Positions 6,525 through 16,423 of a stretch of 27,600 nt of DNA are shown here, piece by piece. The position numbers were made by a program, and so were the translations under genes. The DNA comes from a virus (Duplodnaviria; Caudoviricetes). Where the stretch lies: positions 1 through 27,600 of IMG/VR virus record IMGVR_UViG_3300048599_000086; one strand, written 5' to 3'. Each line of letters starts with the position of its first letter. Within the stretch, counting starts at the first letter, position 1. The notes below the pieces were generated by a model, which searched no databases, was not told the DNA's origin, and saw only the letters and a program-made list of their open reading frames with translations.

Positions 6525-7762
6525 TTGCTGTCCGCGTCGAACCAGGCTTGCGCGAGATCGCCGCGCTCTTTCATTTCCTTGGCGGGATTGGCCGGCCGCT
6601 CGAACAGCCGGCAGAACTCGGCGGCGGCTTCGCGCGCGGTCTTTGCCTTCTTCAGCGCCTCACCAGCGGCGCGCTCGGTATTGCGCAATTCCCAATCCAG
6701 GAATTTGACCTGCTCGAGAGCGGAGGCTTCCTGCAGGGCCTTGCCGAACACCTGCTTGAAGGTCGCCTGCCGGTCGCTGTGCCATTGCCAGAGGCCGTAG
6801 GCCTTGCCGCTGTCACCCACAGCATCGGGATCGAGGCTCGATTCCTCGGCGGCATTCGCGGTCGGACCGTAGGCCGCGATTCTGGACCAGCCGAGACCCA
6901 TCAGGGTCTCCACGATCCATTGCCGGGTGACCTTGGGCTTCTTCGGGCCGCGCACGTCGACAAAACGGGCGGAGACCCACCCGAGATATCCCGCCGGCGT
7001 GCGCACGCGCAGCCATTTGGTCTCGCCGTTCATCGCCTCGGACAGCACCGTGACGACGATTTCCTTCGGCAGCGAGCCTTTCTTGGCGCTGGCCGCGCTG
7101 GCGAGCTCGCGGAGCGAGAGGTCATCGACCAGCACCACACCGGCGCGCTCGACCGCGGGCGCCGGTGCAGGCGTAGCGCCAACATCCTCCGGGAGATCAT
7201 GCTCCCCACCCTCGCCCATATATTCGACGACGCGGCGGATCAGATCGGCCTTGCCGACATTCTTGCCGGGGCATGCATGCGTGGTCGCAGGGTCTTCCTT
7301 GTGCAGCTTGATGGTCTGCGGATCGAGCCCGAGCTTGGCGTGAAGGATCGCGAGCGCCGCCACCGTGTTGTCGCGCACCTTGGCGCCGGGCCCTTCATTG
7401 AAGGACTCGATGTCATAGTCGCCGACCATCTCGATGCCGATCTTGGTCCCGTTCCACGACGGCGAATGCACGCCTTTCTGCGTCAACGGCGTGAACAGCC
7501 AGATGAACTGGTCGTCGACGAAAAGGTGCGGGCCCGCCGGCCAGCCGAGGCCGCTATAATAGGCAGCAAGGTTCTTCACCCGCTGCGCAGGCGTGACGCT
7601 CGATCCGTGCCACGATCCATGTCCCTTCAGCGGATAGAGCGACGGATTCGCGGTGTTGTGGACCGCGATGCCGGACGGCTTCCAGGCCGAAAAGGACAGT
7701 CCCTCGACATGTGAGCGGAAGCCGTCGACCGTCATCGGCCGACCGTCGATCTTGAAGGTCAT
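6521..7762 (-). CDS. Modular endolysin: amidase_2, SH3b and phage tail lysozyme-like domain
   Basis: IAVHNTA, GPHLFVD, IGIEMVG, LHKE...HACPG; WLRVRTPAGYLGWVSARFV; EESSLDPDAVGDSGKAYGLWQW. Confidence 0.9.
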   Translation of the reverse strand: MTFKIDGRPMTVDGFRSHVEGLSFSAWKPSGIAVHNTANPSLYPLKGHGSWHGSSVTPAQRVKNLAAYYSGLGWPAGPHLFVDDQFIWLFTPLTQKGVHSPSWNGTKIGIEMVGDYDIESFNEGPGAKVRDNTVAALAILHAKLGLDPQTIKLHKEDPATTHACPGKNVGKADLIRRVVEYMGEGGEHDLPEDVGATPAPAPAVERAGVVLVDDLSLRELASAASAKKGSLPKEIVVTVLSEAMNGETKWLRVRTPAGYLGWVSARFVDVRGPKKPKVTRQWIVETLMGLGWSRIAAYGPTANAAEESSLDPDAVGDSGKAYGLWQWHSDRQATFKQVFGKALQEASALEQVKFLDWELRNTERAAGEALKKAKTAREAAAEFCRLFERPANPAKEMKERGDLAQAWFDADSK

Positions 7763-7777
7763 CGATTGCTCCGGGGA

Positions 7778-8212
7778 TCAGTAGCCTTGGGAGACGGGAA
7801 ACACGCAGTGGGTCTTCGCGTGCGGATGCGAGCGCCAGATCGAAAGCGCGGGAACGAAATCGCAGGTGCAGCGCCAGGTCTGGCCGTCCTGAGACCAGCC
7901 GGTCCGAGGCAATTCCTGCCCGGTCGCGACCACGCGCACGCGGTTGTCGGGAAGCTGGATCAATGCGGAGGCGTGGACCTTTTTGCAGCAGTTGCCGGTC
8001 CAGCAGCAGGTGGCAGGAATCCATTTCTGAATCTCGGAATATTCCTGCTCGGTCGTCTCAATCAGTTCCTCCGCCCGCGCCGCCGAATAGGCGTGCAGCA
8101 GCATCGCTACAGCAATCATCGCGATCCAGAGCCAGCGCAGCGCATAGGCGAGGATGCCGAGACATGACAAAGCCGCGAGGCCGATCATGGCGGCTGATCG
8201 CAGGTCGATCAT
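7778..8212 (-). CDS. Exported or membrane-anchored Cys-rich protein
   Basis: Long hydrophobic N-terminus ending ARA; CC...CC, WRCTC, THCVF. Confidence 0.75.
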   Translation of the reverse strand: MIDLRSAAMIGLAALSCLGILAYALRWLWIAMIAVAMLLHAYSAARAEELIETTEQEYSEIQKWIPATCCWTGNCCKKVHASALIQLPDNRVRVVATGQELPRTGWSQDGQTWRCTCDFVPALSIWRSHPHAKTHCVFPVSQGY

Positions 8213-8586
8213 CGCACGCTCACCCGCGCCGTGCCGCCCATGCCGATGGCGCGGGCCGCAGCCGGGCTCAGATCAATGCACCGGCCGGCAACAAACGGAC
8301 CGCGATCATTGATCCGCACCGTGACCGAGCGACCGTTGTTGATATTGGTCACGGTGACATGGGAGCCGAACGGCCGGGTTCGGTGCGCGGCCGTCATCGC
8401 ATTCGGGCTCATCGTCTCGCCCGATGCCGTGCGCTTGCCGCCATAGCCGTCACCGACGCCATAGTGAGACGCCATGCAGGTTTCGGCGGCTTGAACGAGG
8501 CCGACGTACCAGACGGCAAAGACGAGGACGCATATCCCGGCGAACAGGATGAGCAGAAAGTCCCCGATCTTCTGAAACGCGTTCAC
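8209..8586 (-). CDS. RlpA-like DPBB lytic transglycosylase family protein
   Basis: ASHYG...TASGE...[12 protein letters not shown]...[18 protein letters not shown]; N-terminal TM. Confidence 0.9.
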   Translation of the reverse strand: MNAFQKIGDFLLILFAGICVLVFAVWYVGLVQAAETCMASHYGVGDGYGGKRTASGETMSPNAMTAAHRTRPFGSHVTVTNINNGRSVTVRINDRGPFVAGRCIDLSPAAARAIGMGGTARVSVR

Positions 8587-8993
8587 GGCTGCACGTAGGC
8601 GATCACACGCCGGCAGATGTCGCGCGAATAGGTTCCGCCATTATCGTTGACGACAGCGCGGCAGCGCCCCTGCATGGAGACGATCTGAGCGACATGGCCC
8701 TTGTTGCCGCCACGGGTCCAGACCACGACGGCGCCGGGACGCGCTGACGTGCGCGGGAATTTTCTCGCCCAGTTTTGCGCAAGGTTCAGGCCGGCATCGC
8801 CGTGCCCGAGCTTCCTTCGCAGATACCATCCGCACTGAGCATTGCGCGGCGGCACCCAGCTCGATCGAGACGCACGCTGGCTATAGGCCGGCTGCGCATG
8901 GACATTCCACGGGCCTTGAAAGAAATCGACTTGCGCAAAAGCGGGAGAGGCCACGCTCGCAATAGCAAGCGCAGCCACGATCACTCGCAGCAT
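8583..8993 (-). CDS. Secreted CHAP/NlpC-like Cys-His peptidase
   Basis: Signal peptide ending AFA; QCGWY, LAQNW, PGAVVVW, GHVA. Confidence 0.7.
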   Translation of the reverse strand: MLRVIVAALAIASVASPAFAQVDFFQGPWNVHAQPAYSQRASRSSWVPPRNAQCGWYLRRKLGHGDAGLNLAQNWARKFPRTSARPGAVVVWTRGGNKGHVAQIVSMQGRCRAVVNDNGGTYSRDICRRVIAYVQP

Positions 8994-9181
8994 GTGTCAC
9001 CTATCGATTTGTAGAGAGGATGGAGGCTGCAAGGCGTGGCGCTTGGCTTCGCCCAGCCATTTAACACACTGTATCTGTAGGTTGTGGATATGGGCTCAGT
9101 GCCCGCTTGACGAGCAATTCACCCGATGGTTGAGTCCGGCCCGAATGCTCGCAAAGAAAATACGCCGCTAATTCTTCTCAA

Positions 9182-9775
9182 ATGCACGTCTTACTGCTCT
9201 CGCCCGAACCCGATTCAATCGCCTCGGCTATATCCACCACAGGGGATCGCGTTACGCCGTTCAATGACGACTGGCGCGATCTGGACTACCGGCAATTCAA
9301 TTTCGTGGTGTCTTACGGCTATCGCCGGATCATCAAAGAGCCGTGGATCTCACATTTCGACGGCCGGATGATTAACCTGCATATTTCCCTGCTGCCGTGG
9401 AATCGCGGCGCAGCGCCGAACTTCTTTTCATGGCTGCACAGAACGCCGAAGGGCGCAACTATCCACGAAATAGACGCAGGCATTGATACCGGCAACATCC
9501 TGGTGCGCCGCCAGGTCCATATGCAGGAGAGCGACCACACCCTGCGAACGTCCTACGATGTTTTGAAAAACACCGCCGTCCAATTGTTCGCCGACGAATG
9601 GCGAAACATCCGCTTCGGTAACTTCACGCGGTTGCGTCAATTTGGCGGAAGCGGCGATAGCAACACGCTCGCGGACTTCGAAAAACTGTGGCCGAAATTC
9701 CCGCTCAAGTATGAAACACCCGTCGCAGATGTTGCCGCATTGGGGCGCGAATTGATGTTGCCAGTATATTTTTGA
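9182..9775 (+). CDS. Formyltransferase (Formyl_trans_N only), moron
   Basis: VSYGYRRII, INLHISLLPWNRG, TIHEIDAGIDTGNIL; opposite strand to the flanking late genes. Confidence 0.9.
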   Translation: MHVLLLSPEPDSIASAISTTGDRVTPFNDDWRDLDYRQFNFVVSYGYRRIIKEPWISHFDGRMINLHISLLPWNRGAAPNFFSWLHRTPKGATIHEIDAGIDTGNILVRRQVHMQESDHTLRTSYDVLKNTAVQLFADEWRNIRFGNFTRLRQFGGSGDSNTLADFEKLWPKFPLKYETPVADVAALGRELMLPVYF

Positions 9776-9819
9776 CGAAGTTTGGGTTCGGAGCTCCCGA
9801 GCCGGATCGACCGACGACT

Positions 9820-10440
9820 TCATACCATCGTAAAGCTGTAAGACCTTATCTGACTGGTCGACCATGTCTGGCCCGATCGCGTATCCTGCGTCGTAAAAGA
9901 GACGCCATCCCCGTCTCTGGACGCCGCGAACGTCCAGGCCGTCCACATATATGTGGTGCTGCCGAGCGGACATTGAAGAGAATATCCGTCGAGATTTACG
10001 TTAACGCCGAAATCATACTTCCAGTAAGCGCCGCTGCCGACCGCGTTCGAGCCAAAAATGGCTGACGTACCGTCCTTCGCGACCGCGCGCCAAGGCTCTT
10101 GCCCTGCGCCATAAACACTATCGCCAGAGACCGTATGTCCGCTTTGCGTTGCGGAAGTCCCCGTTCCGCTCGAAAACGTGATGGTCTGATCGACGCCGCC
10201 GAGCGTGAGTGTGATTTCAGCGATTTGTGGAGACGTCCCAGGCGTGATGGCGCTGAATCGCCAGTAGCGATACCCAAGAGCGCCTGACGACCCAACGCCG
10301 AAACCGCTCAAGCCCGTCAACGGGAAAGCGCTGTTCGCCGGAACGACAAACCGCGGATCACCCGGACGGATGATCTCTGCCGGGCGCGGCAGGATAATCG
10401 CCGGTCGCGGGAATTTCGGAGGCGGGCCAATATCGATCAT
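9820..10440 (-). CDS. Tail-associated protein: Pro-rich N-terminus and discoidin/F5-8C-like beta domain
   Basis: YRYWRF, IAEITL, YWKYDFG, WTAWTFAASRDG; last gene of the tail module. Confidence 0.65.
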   Translation of the reverse strand: MIDIGPPPKFPRPAIILPRPAEIIRPGDPRFVVPANSAFPLTGLSGFGVGSSGALGYRYWRFSAITPGTSPQIAEITLTLGGVDQTITFSSGTGTSATQSGHTVSGDSVYGAGQEPWRAVAKDGTSAIFGSNAVGSGAYWKYDFGVNVNLDGYSLQCPLGSTTYMWTAWTFAASRDGDGVSFTTQDTRSGQTWSTSQIRSYSFTMV

Positions 10441-11036
10441 TGCGGCAGCGTCCAGTCGATCGCATCGTGTGCAGCGCAGGCCGCGACAGCATCGGCAGCG
10501 TCACTGACGGACGCCTTGCCGGCGAGCCGCTTGCCTTCAATGAAGGCCGAAATTCCCGCCCACAGGCTTTCCTTCGCGACCACCATGCCGGCGACCTGTG
10601 CGAGCGTTTCGCCTTCGATCCCGACTGAGGCCATCAGGATTGGATAGTTCGCGGGGTTCGGGGTTTCCTGCGCGAGATAGTCCCGCGCCTCCTGCGCCTT
10701 GCGCTGGTAGACCATCGATTGTCCGGCGCCTGGCGTGATGAATTGCAGGCGGATGGTCTCGGCGTAATTGTCGATTTGCTGACGCAGCGACGCCTTCACC
10801 GCATCGAGATCGGACGGCGCCGCCCATGTCGCGGTGATGACATACTGGCCACTAACGACGGCCGCAGTCTCTCCGGTCCTTGCGTGAAACTGCGTCGGCG
10901 GATTGCTGACCCGCACGACCGGATAGGCCTTGTTGCCGACCTGCTGATTGAGCGGCGGCACCATCTCTTCGAGATGAGGAACGATCTCCTCCAGCTCGCC
11001 CGCCTCGTTGATGACGGCATAATCGCGCATCGGCAT
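10437..11036 (-). CDS. Tail fibre assembly/chaperone-like protein
   Basis: LRQQIDNYAETIRLQFITPGAGQSMVYQRKAQEA...IEGKRLAGK; GGAGG before ATG 11036. Confidence 0.7.
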   Translation of the reverse strand: MPMRDYAVINEAGELEEIVPHLEEMVPPLNQQVGNKAYPVVRVSNPPTQFHARTGETAAVVSGQYVITATWAAPSDLDAVKASLRQQIDNYAETIRLQFITPGAGQSMVYQRKAQEARDYLAQETPNPANYPILMASVGIEGETLAQVAGMVVAKESLWAGISAFIEGKRLAGKASVSDAADAVAACAAHDAIDWTLPQ

Positions 11037-11038
11037 GA

Positions 11039-11938
11039 TCAATCCTCCGTCGGCGCGGTCATGTTGAGATAGAGCACGACGCCGATCAGTCCGGCATCGA
11101 TCGCCATGGTGTCCTGCGCAGAGTTGGACCCGACGCGGCCCACCTGCATGAACACCGTATCGCCGGTCGCCGGAGATCCCGCGATGGTGATGGCCGGGGT
11201 CTCGGCAGACCAATAATTCTTGTTGGTCGTGCCGCCCGTGTCGTCGACTACCTGCGCAGTGCCATATGCGGTATCGCCGTCATCGCCATCGGACAACGCG
11301 ACGCCTTGCGCTTGCCATCGCACTCCAAAATTCGTCGTGGTCGATGCGTGCTTCCAGTTGAACTTGGCCGTGATGGTGGACTTGTCCCAGCCCTTGATCG
11401 CCGGAAACGTGAACTGCGCGTATTCGTCCGCAGATGGGTCGAAATCGAGCGTGTTGAGATTGACCTTATTGGTCGATGTCTCGACCGTGGCGAGCGGCGC
11501 GCATCCGTTGGAGGATCGCGGCTTCATTGCTCCCGCTGGAACCCACAGGGGATATCGGCCCAGCACCGGTCGCGCCATGATCTTCCAGCGCTGCGCGGTG
11601 TTATCGTAGACAAGCTCGACAGAAGTCTTTGGCGCAAGGATCACATCCGACGCCATGTCGAAGCGATTGGCTGCACTTGAGTTCGTATCGGCGTTCGACA
11701 ACGTCAGCTTGTAGGAACTGAGGTTGTGCAGGATCTTGTAGGTACCGCGAGCGCCCCCGGCGATACCGGTGATGGTGCGGTTTGCGTCGAGATCGAGCCG
11801 ATACACGACCGCATCGGCATAGCCGGTCGGCGCGTAATCGTTCTGGTTCGACGTGATCTGCGCGGGCGAAATATCCGCCGAAAAGGCGAAGCCGCCCTGA
11901 ATGGCAGCCCCGCCGCCTAACCCACCTGACCTCGGCAT
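11039..11938 (-). CDS. Putative tail fibre / minor tail protein
   Basis: Thr/Gly/Ala-rich beta composition; position in the tail module; stop-start overlap with the upstream gene. Confidence 0.7.
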   Translation of the reverse strand: MPRSGGLGGGAAIQGGFAFSADISPAQITSNQNDYAPTGYADAVVYRLDLDANRTITGIAGGARGTYKILHNLSSYKLTLSNADTNSSAANRFDMASDVILAPKTSVELVYDNTAQRWKIMARPVLGRYPLWVPAGAMKPRSSNGCAPLATVETSTNKVNLNTLDFDPSADEYAQFTFPAIKGWDKSTITAKFNWKHASTTTNFGVRWQAQGVALSDGDDGDTAYGTAQVVDDTGGTTNKNYWSAETPAITIAGSPATGDTVFMQVGRVGSNSAQDTMAIDAGLIGVVLYLNMTAPTED

Positions 11939-12243
11939 TAGGCGTTCTCCCTCGGGCCAGTGACGACGACGCTCACGCCCGACGCGCTGGCGCGCGCATA
12001 GAGCTTCTCGCCCGCAGTCATGTAGATTCCGGTTCGCTCAAAGCTGTCGGCCGCAGCCAGCGTTCGCCCATATTCGAGATAATCGGTCGCAGCCGGGGTC
12101 GAACCGCCCGTGTGAGCCAATCGGATCGCAGCATTCGCGCTCTTCGCGCAAAAGCTGACATTGACCGTGTCGACCTTACCCGTGTCACAGGTGTGAATGA
12201 GGGTGTCCGTGTCAGCCGTAAGTTCGTAGCGTTCGACCGCCAT
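11938..12243 (-). CDS. Small virion-associated hypothetical protein
   Basis: GAGGAG RBS; beta-rich 101 aa. Confidence 0.75.
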   Translation of the reverse strand: MAVERYELTADTDTLIHTCDTGKVDTVNVSFCAKSANAAIRLAHTGGSTPAATDYLEYGRTLAAADSFERTGIYMTAGEKLYARASASGVSVVVTGPRENA

Positions 12244-12291
12244 CGCGCTCGCTCCTCATCAGGCTCTAAATTTTGATTTGAAGTGCGACGG

Positions 12292-13248
12292 CTAGATCGC
12301 GGTCAGGAAAGCGAGCGTCGTCGATTGCAGGCTCACGCCAGACCCCGTGCCACCAGACCCGGAGATGTAAAGCGGATCGGACCAGGTCTGGGGCGAGTCA
12401 TCCAGAAGCTCATAGATCGCCGAGCGGCCATCCCCGATATCGGAAACCGCTACCCGCACACCGACCGGCGTGGTGACGGCATCGCGCTCGGTGATGTCGG
12501 CAACGATCTGATCGTAATCAAGCCCCTCGCCGGTCGGACCCGGAACTGTGCTGGGCTCACCTTGCGGCCCCGGCGGGGCAAAGGTGAACGCCTGCACCGA
12601 TGCGGCGGTGAACGGCCACCCCACCTGCGCTTTCGGCGTGACCGTGAGCGTTCGATACCCGGTCGAATCCACCACGCTGCCAGTGACGTCGAACTCGGCC
12701 CACTGTGAGGGATCATCGAGCGTTTCGGCGCGCAACGTGCCTCTCAACGAAGACGATCCGCGATCATCCAGCGCATCGAGCCAGGTCGTGACGCTGTCGC
12801 CGTCGAACTGCGCGTTGTCGAGATAGAGCGCGGTGATGCTGGCGAACGTGCCACTGTTTGAGCGCCATTCTCCCGTGCCGGGATCGGCGGCAGAAGTCGA
12901 AGAGTCGAAAATGAACCGCACCCCCGTCGGCGATCCATACTGGATCACGTCGCCGGATAGTGAATCAACATCGACCTCCTGCGCCGTGCCGAGCGGCACA
13001 TCGCGCCATTCGCGGGAAAATCCATCCTTTGTCGCAACGATGCGATAACGCCCCGCCGGCGCATAGAAGAACACAAACCCATCGCTATCCGCCGTCGCCG
13101 GATTGGTGAGACCTGACGACCCTGCGCGATTTTGCTTCAGCGGCGAGAGCACGCCATCACTCTCGCGATAGACCGCGACCGAAGCGCCGGCTTGGGCATC
13201 GCCCACCTCGTCAACAATCGTTGCCTGCCAGCGCGAATATATTGTCAT
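12292..13248 (-). CDS. Putative tail fibre / minor tail protein
   Basis: N-terminal NPATADSDGFVFFYAPAGRYRIV adaptor-like domain; short collagen-like GPQGEP...GPTGEG. Confidence 0.75.
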   Translation of the reverse strand: MTIYSRWQATIVDEVGDAQAGASVAVYRESDGVLSPLKQNRAGSSGLTNPATADSDGFVFFYAPAGRYRIVATKDGFSREWRDVPLGTAQEVDVDSLSGDVIQYGSPTGVRFIFDSSTSAADPGTGEWRSNSGTFASITALYLDNAQFDGDSVTTWLDALDDRGSSSLRGTLRAETLDDPSQWAEFDVTGSVVDSTGYRTLTVTPKAQVGWPFTAASVQAFTFAPPGPQGEPSTVPGPTGEGLDYDQIVADITERDAVTTPVGVRVAVSDIGDGRSAIYELLDDSPQTWSDPLYISGSGGTGSGVSLQSTTLAFLTAI

Positions 13249-13249
13249 A

Positions 13250-15535
13250 TCAATTCACTCTCGCCCCGAAGATCGTCACGCTACCGGTTTCGGTCACATA
13301 GGAATCGCCATCGATGGCATTGCCAGGGGAACCGCCGGCGGCGGCGCTGGGACCAGACCCGCTAGAACCCGAGGAGCCGAGATCACCGCCAAGGCCACCA
13401 TCGCCGCTGATGCCATTACCGGACCCACCAGGCCCCGGAGCTGTAGCTGTGCCAAGGCTCCCGGCTGTGCCGGGGAGGACGGTGCCGCCGCCGCCGAGAC
13501 CGCCTGGACCACCCTGTCGGCCGCGACCGCCGCCGCCGCCGCCCGCGCCATAACCAGCATAGGGGGCACCGCCGCCGCCGCCGCCGCCACCGCCGCCGCC
13601 GAGCGTCCCCAGCCCTTCGAGATTGATGGCCCGACGGGTATAGAGAGCCAGCCCGCCGGAGAGTCCGACCGATCCAGCGCCCGATCCGGCTAATTTATTG
13701 CCGCCGGCACCGCCTTGACCGCCCTTGCCTTCCAGAGACCCGTTGATTTCTAGAATAAAGGTAACGCCAACCGGCCATGACCCGACATCAAAGGCCGGGG
13801 TTGCAATATTCGTGGAGCCGACGACAACGCCTTCATTGATGATGAAGCGAACGACATCACCGGATTCAACTCCGGAATATTGATCGTCGAACACATCGCG
13901 GGCGTTTACGTTGTTCAGATCGGCATCGAGGATGACGACGAGTTCGCCGCCGGCCGCTGCGATCTCGAAACGATTTTCCTCCATCTCGATCTTGTAGCGA
14001 TCGGCCTCCGGGCCGATCCGCACGATCTGCGATGGAATTTGGTCCGCCGCCCCGGTGTCGTCCTGCACGAACCATGCGCCGACCAGGCACCCTTGCGCGA
14101 GCCCAGGCGTCACCCCTCCATCGCGCCAGATATCGAGACTTACCTTGCGCGGCGGTTTCTTGAAGCGCCCGATCTGGATCGCCGCGACCCGATCGGCCGT
14201 GGTGCGCGCGCCCGCCGGAATCCATGCCGCAAAGATTTTCTTGATCGCGGTCGAGCCGTAATTCGCAATCGAGCTTTCGTCGAGCGCCTTCGCAACCGAA
14301 GCGTAGTTGTCAGGATCATCGACGCGCTTCAGCGGATTGATTTGTGAGAAGTAGATCCAGACTTCAGAGATGCGCTTTTCCGGTTGATCCTTGCACTGGA
14401 TCGAGCCCTCCATCGAATTACGCTCATCAAACACAGTGGCCGAGGTCGGGACACTGCGCAGCACCTGAAGCCTCATCTCGGGCTCCATCTCATCCCACCA
14501 ATGCGCCAGCGCCGCCTGCTCGATCAATTCGCTGACGAGCTTCTTGACCGCGGTCGGCTCGGCAATCAGGCGGGTATAGACGCGACCAAGATAGGCATCG
14601 GTTTCAACGAGCCAGTCCGCGACCGGTATCCATGCGGCATCGACGCCCCCGTAATTCTCTTCGAGATCGGCGATGATCTCCGCAGGGTCCTCGCTGTCGT
14701 AATAGAGGCAGACCTGAAAACGTTCCTGCGCTTCATGCGCGACCGCTTCGGTGCCGAACAGACCGCGTCCGGTGATGGTGACGGAATTCGCAGAGCGTGT
14801 GTAAGAGACGATTTCCTTCCCGCCGATCGCTCCATATCCAGAGGACGGATATTCCGCGTTGCCGATACCGGACGGCAGCAGCGTGAATGCCATATCGTTG
14901 TCATCGATCGTCGCCTGCAGAAAACCTGACGACAGCGCGGGCGCCTGGGCGCGATCGTCGTCCAGAAACTTCAGCGGGTCCTTTCCAACGATATTGTAAG
15001 TGCCATCCGGCAGCGGACCGTCGAAGGAATCGATAACGAAATGCCGAGTCTCCATATCCCCGATCGCATCGCCGACCTTGCCGCGGATCAGGCGGATCGA
15101 GCGGCCCCGCAGATAAGGATGCCGGTTGCGGAACTTGCCGAAGAAGGTGCCGGTCTGGAACGGGTCGTAACCCCGATCGGCACGATAAGGATCTCCATGT
15201 GGGCCGGTGTCGCTGTCCTTGTGATCCTTCAGGACTACCTTCACCGATGGTCGCGTTCCGAGATCGGCTCCGAGCGAAACCGTCCCCGGCGAATAGTCCA
15301 CGCTCACGAGACACGGGATGCATTCGATCGCGCGCGGCAGATGCGCGACATTCATGCCGAAACGAAGCGTGATCTCTTCGTCATTGAAGTTCGCCGCATC
15401 CTGACACGTTCCCAGTGCATTGAAACACTTCCGGTCACCCGTCGTCGGAATCGACGCTGTACATGGTGATACCCCGTAGCTGCGCGAACATCGATCGATG
15501 TCGATCTCGACAAAGGTGAGCGATTGCGTCTGCAT
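13250..15535 (-). CDS. Tail tip / hub protein with Gly-rich C-terminus
   Basis: 761 aa after the distal tail gene; N-terminal Cys cluster; poly-Gly C-terminal domain. Confidence 0.8.
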   Translation of the reverse strand: MQTQSLTFVEIDIDRCSRSYGVSPCTASIPTTGDRKCFNALGTCQDAANFNDEEITLRFGMNVAHLPRAIECIPCLVSVDYSPGTVSLGADLGTRPSVKVVLKDHKDSDTGPHGDPYRADRGYDPFQTGTFFGKFRNRHPYLRGRSIRLIRGKVGDAIGDMETRHFVIDSFDGPLPDGTYNIVGKDPLKFLDDDRAQAPALSSGFLQATIDDNDMAFTLLPSGIGNAEYPSSGYGAIGGKEIVSYTRSANSVTITGRGLFGTEAVAHEAQERFQVCLYYDSEDPAEIIADLEENYGGVDAAWIPVADWLVETDAYLGRVYTRLIAEPTAVKKLVSELIEQAALAHWWDEMEPEMRLQVLRSVPTSATVFDERNSMEGSIQCKDQPEKRISEVWIYFSQINPLKRVDDPDNYASVAKALDESSIANYGSTAIKKIFAAWIPAGARTTADRVAAIQIGRFKKPPRKVSLDIWRDGGVTPGLAQGCLVGAWFVQDDTGAADQIPSQIVRIGPEADRYKIEMEENRFEIAAAGGELVVILDADLNNVNARDVFDDQYSGVESGDVVRFIINEGVVVGSTNIATPAFDVGSWPVGVTFILEINGSLEGKGGQGGAGGNKLAGSGAGSVGLSGGLALYTRRAINLEGLGTLGGGGGGGGGGGAPYAGYGAGGGGGGRGRQGGPGGLGGGGTVLPGTAGSLGTATAPGPGGSGNGISGDGGLGGDLGSSGSSGSGPSAAAGGSPGNAIDGDSYVTETGSVTIFGARVN
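13568..13600. repeat. CCG trinucleotide run encoding poly-Gly
   Basis: About 11 consecutive Gly codons on the - strand. Confidence 0.8.
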
Positions 15536-15542
15536 CGAAAGG

Positions 15543-16355
15543 TCAGACGACGCCCGCGATCGGCATGTCGAATTCCATCAAGCCGTGACCCGACGCGTTC
15601 TTCGGCTGCACATCGCCGGTCGGCCAGCAATAGCCGACCTCGGTCGAATAGGATTGAGGTCGCCACCCGAAGAAGAAGGTCTGCCGCTCGAAGACAGCGG
15701 CGCGCACGAAGGCGTCGATGTCCTCGCGGTATTCGTCGGGATCGAGCAGCGAGGTCTTGATGCGGCCTTCAAACCAGGAGCCGGTGAGAATCGAGCCGAG
15801 ATAGCCCCCGGCCTCGCTCATGCCGTTCACGACCTTCTGGCGCCGGCCCATCGTGATCGGAGTGTGGTCCTGCCAAATCTTGCGTGGCAGCACCAGAAGC
15901 TTGCCAAAGAACACGACCGCGGCTTCCGGAACGACAGACCCTTCATCGAGCACGATTTTCAGCTTCTGGAACGAACCCGAGGTCCAACGAAACAGCAGCG
16001 GCGAGTCGTCACCGGGGATCACCGGCGCTACGAGCTCGGAATAACCAGAGCCCTGATCGCCCTCGATCGAGACTGCAATCTCGGCGGTACCGAAATTATG
16101 CCCGGCAATGCCGCAGAAATCGTATGGATCAGCACTTCCCGTGGTGTGCTCGATCTCCTGCGCATCGATAGATTCCCCCCGCCATATCTGCGGCCAGTTC
16201 GTTGCCGGATTGGCAAGATTGCTAATCGGATAATCGGAAGCCTCTTCATCCGCCCCGATGTTGCCTGTCGTCACGCGGTTGCGATATCCGACGATCGGAT
16301 GATCGAGCGTGACATCGCTTTCGCTCAGGACCAGCGAGGAGGAGATGACGATCAT
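15543..16355 (-). CDS. Putative distal tail protein
   Basis: First gene after the tape measure; 270 aa, beta-rich. Confidence 0.7.
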   Translation of the reverse strand: MIVISSSLVLSESDVTLDHPIVGYRNRVTTGNIGADEEASDYPISNLANPATNWPQIWRGESIDAQEIEHTTGSADPYDFCGIAGHNFGTAEIAVSIEGDQGSGYSELVAPVIPGDDSPLLFRWTSGSFQKLKIVLDEGSVVPEAAVVFFGKLLVLPRKIWQDHTPITMGRRQKVVNGMSEAGGYLGSILTGSWFEGRIKTSLLDPDEYREDIDAFVRAAVFERQTFFFGWRPQSYSTEVGYCWPTGDVQPKNASGHGLMEFDMPIAGVV

Positions 16356-16423
16356 GGTTCGGATCAGGCGAAATTGAGCCGGTAGCCGTCGGCCGACGGA
16401 TCACGTTGCATTGGTTTTTCACC

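Noticed and set aside
6548-7714. 388-aa + strand ORF, and similar long ORFs at 15498-16385, 16406-17596 and 22466-23362
   Set aside because: Mirror ORFs opposite well-supported - strand genes
9055-9140. CtrA box (TTAAC at 9061) and a TTGACG -35 element at 9107-9112
   Set aside because: Only a half site for CtrA, and no convincing -10 element at the proper spacing
9820-11938. Diversity-generating retroelement or invertible tail-fibre cassette
   Set aside because: No reverse transcriptase, invertase or template/variable repeat pair seen in the window
13480-13720. GC-rich repeats as a CRISPR array or phase-variable tract
   Set aside because: In-frame Gly codons of a Gly-rich tail domain; no repeat-spacer structure
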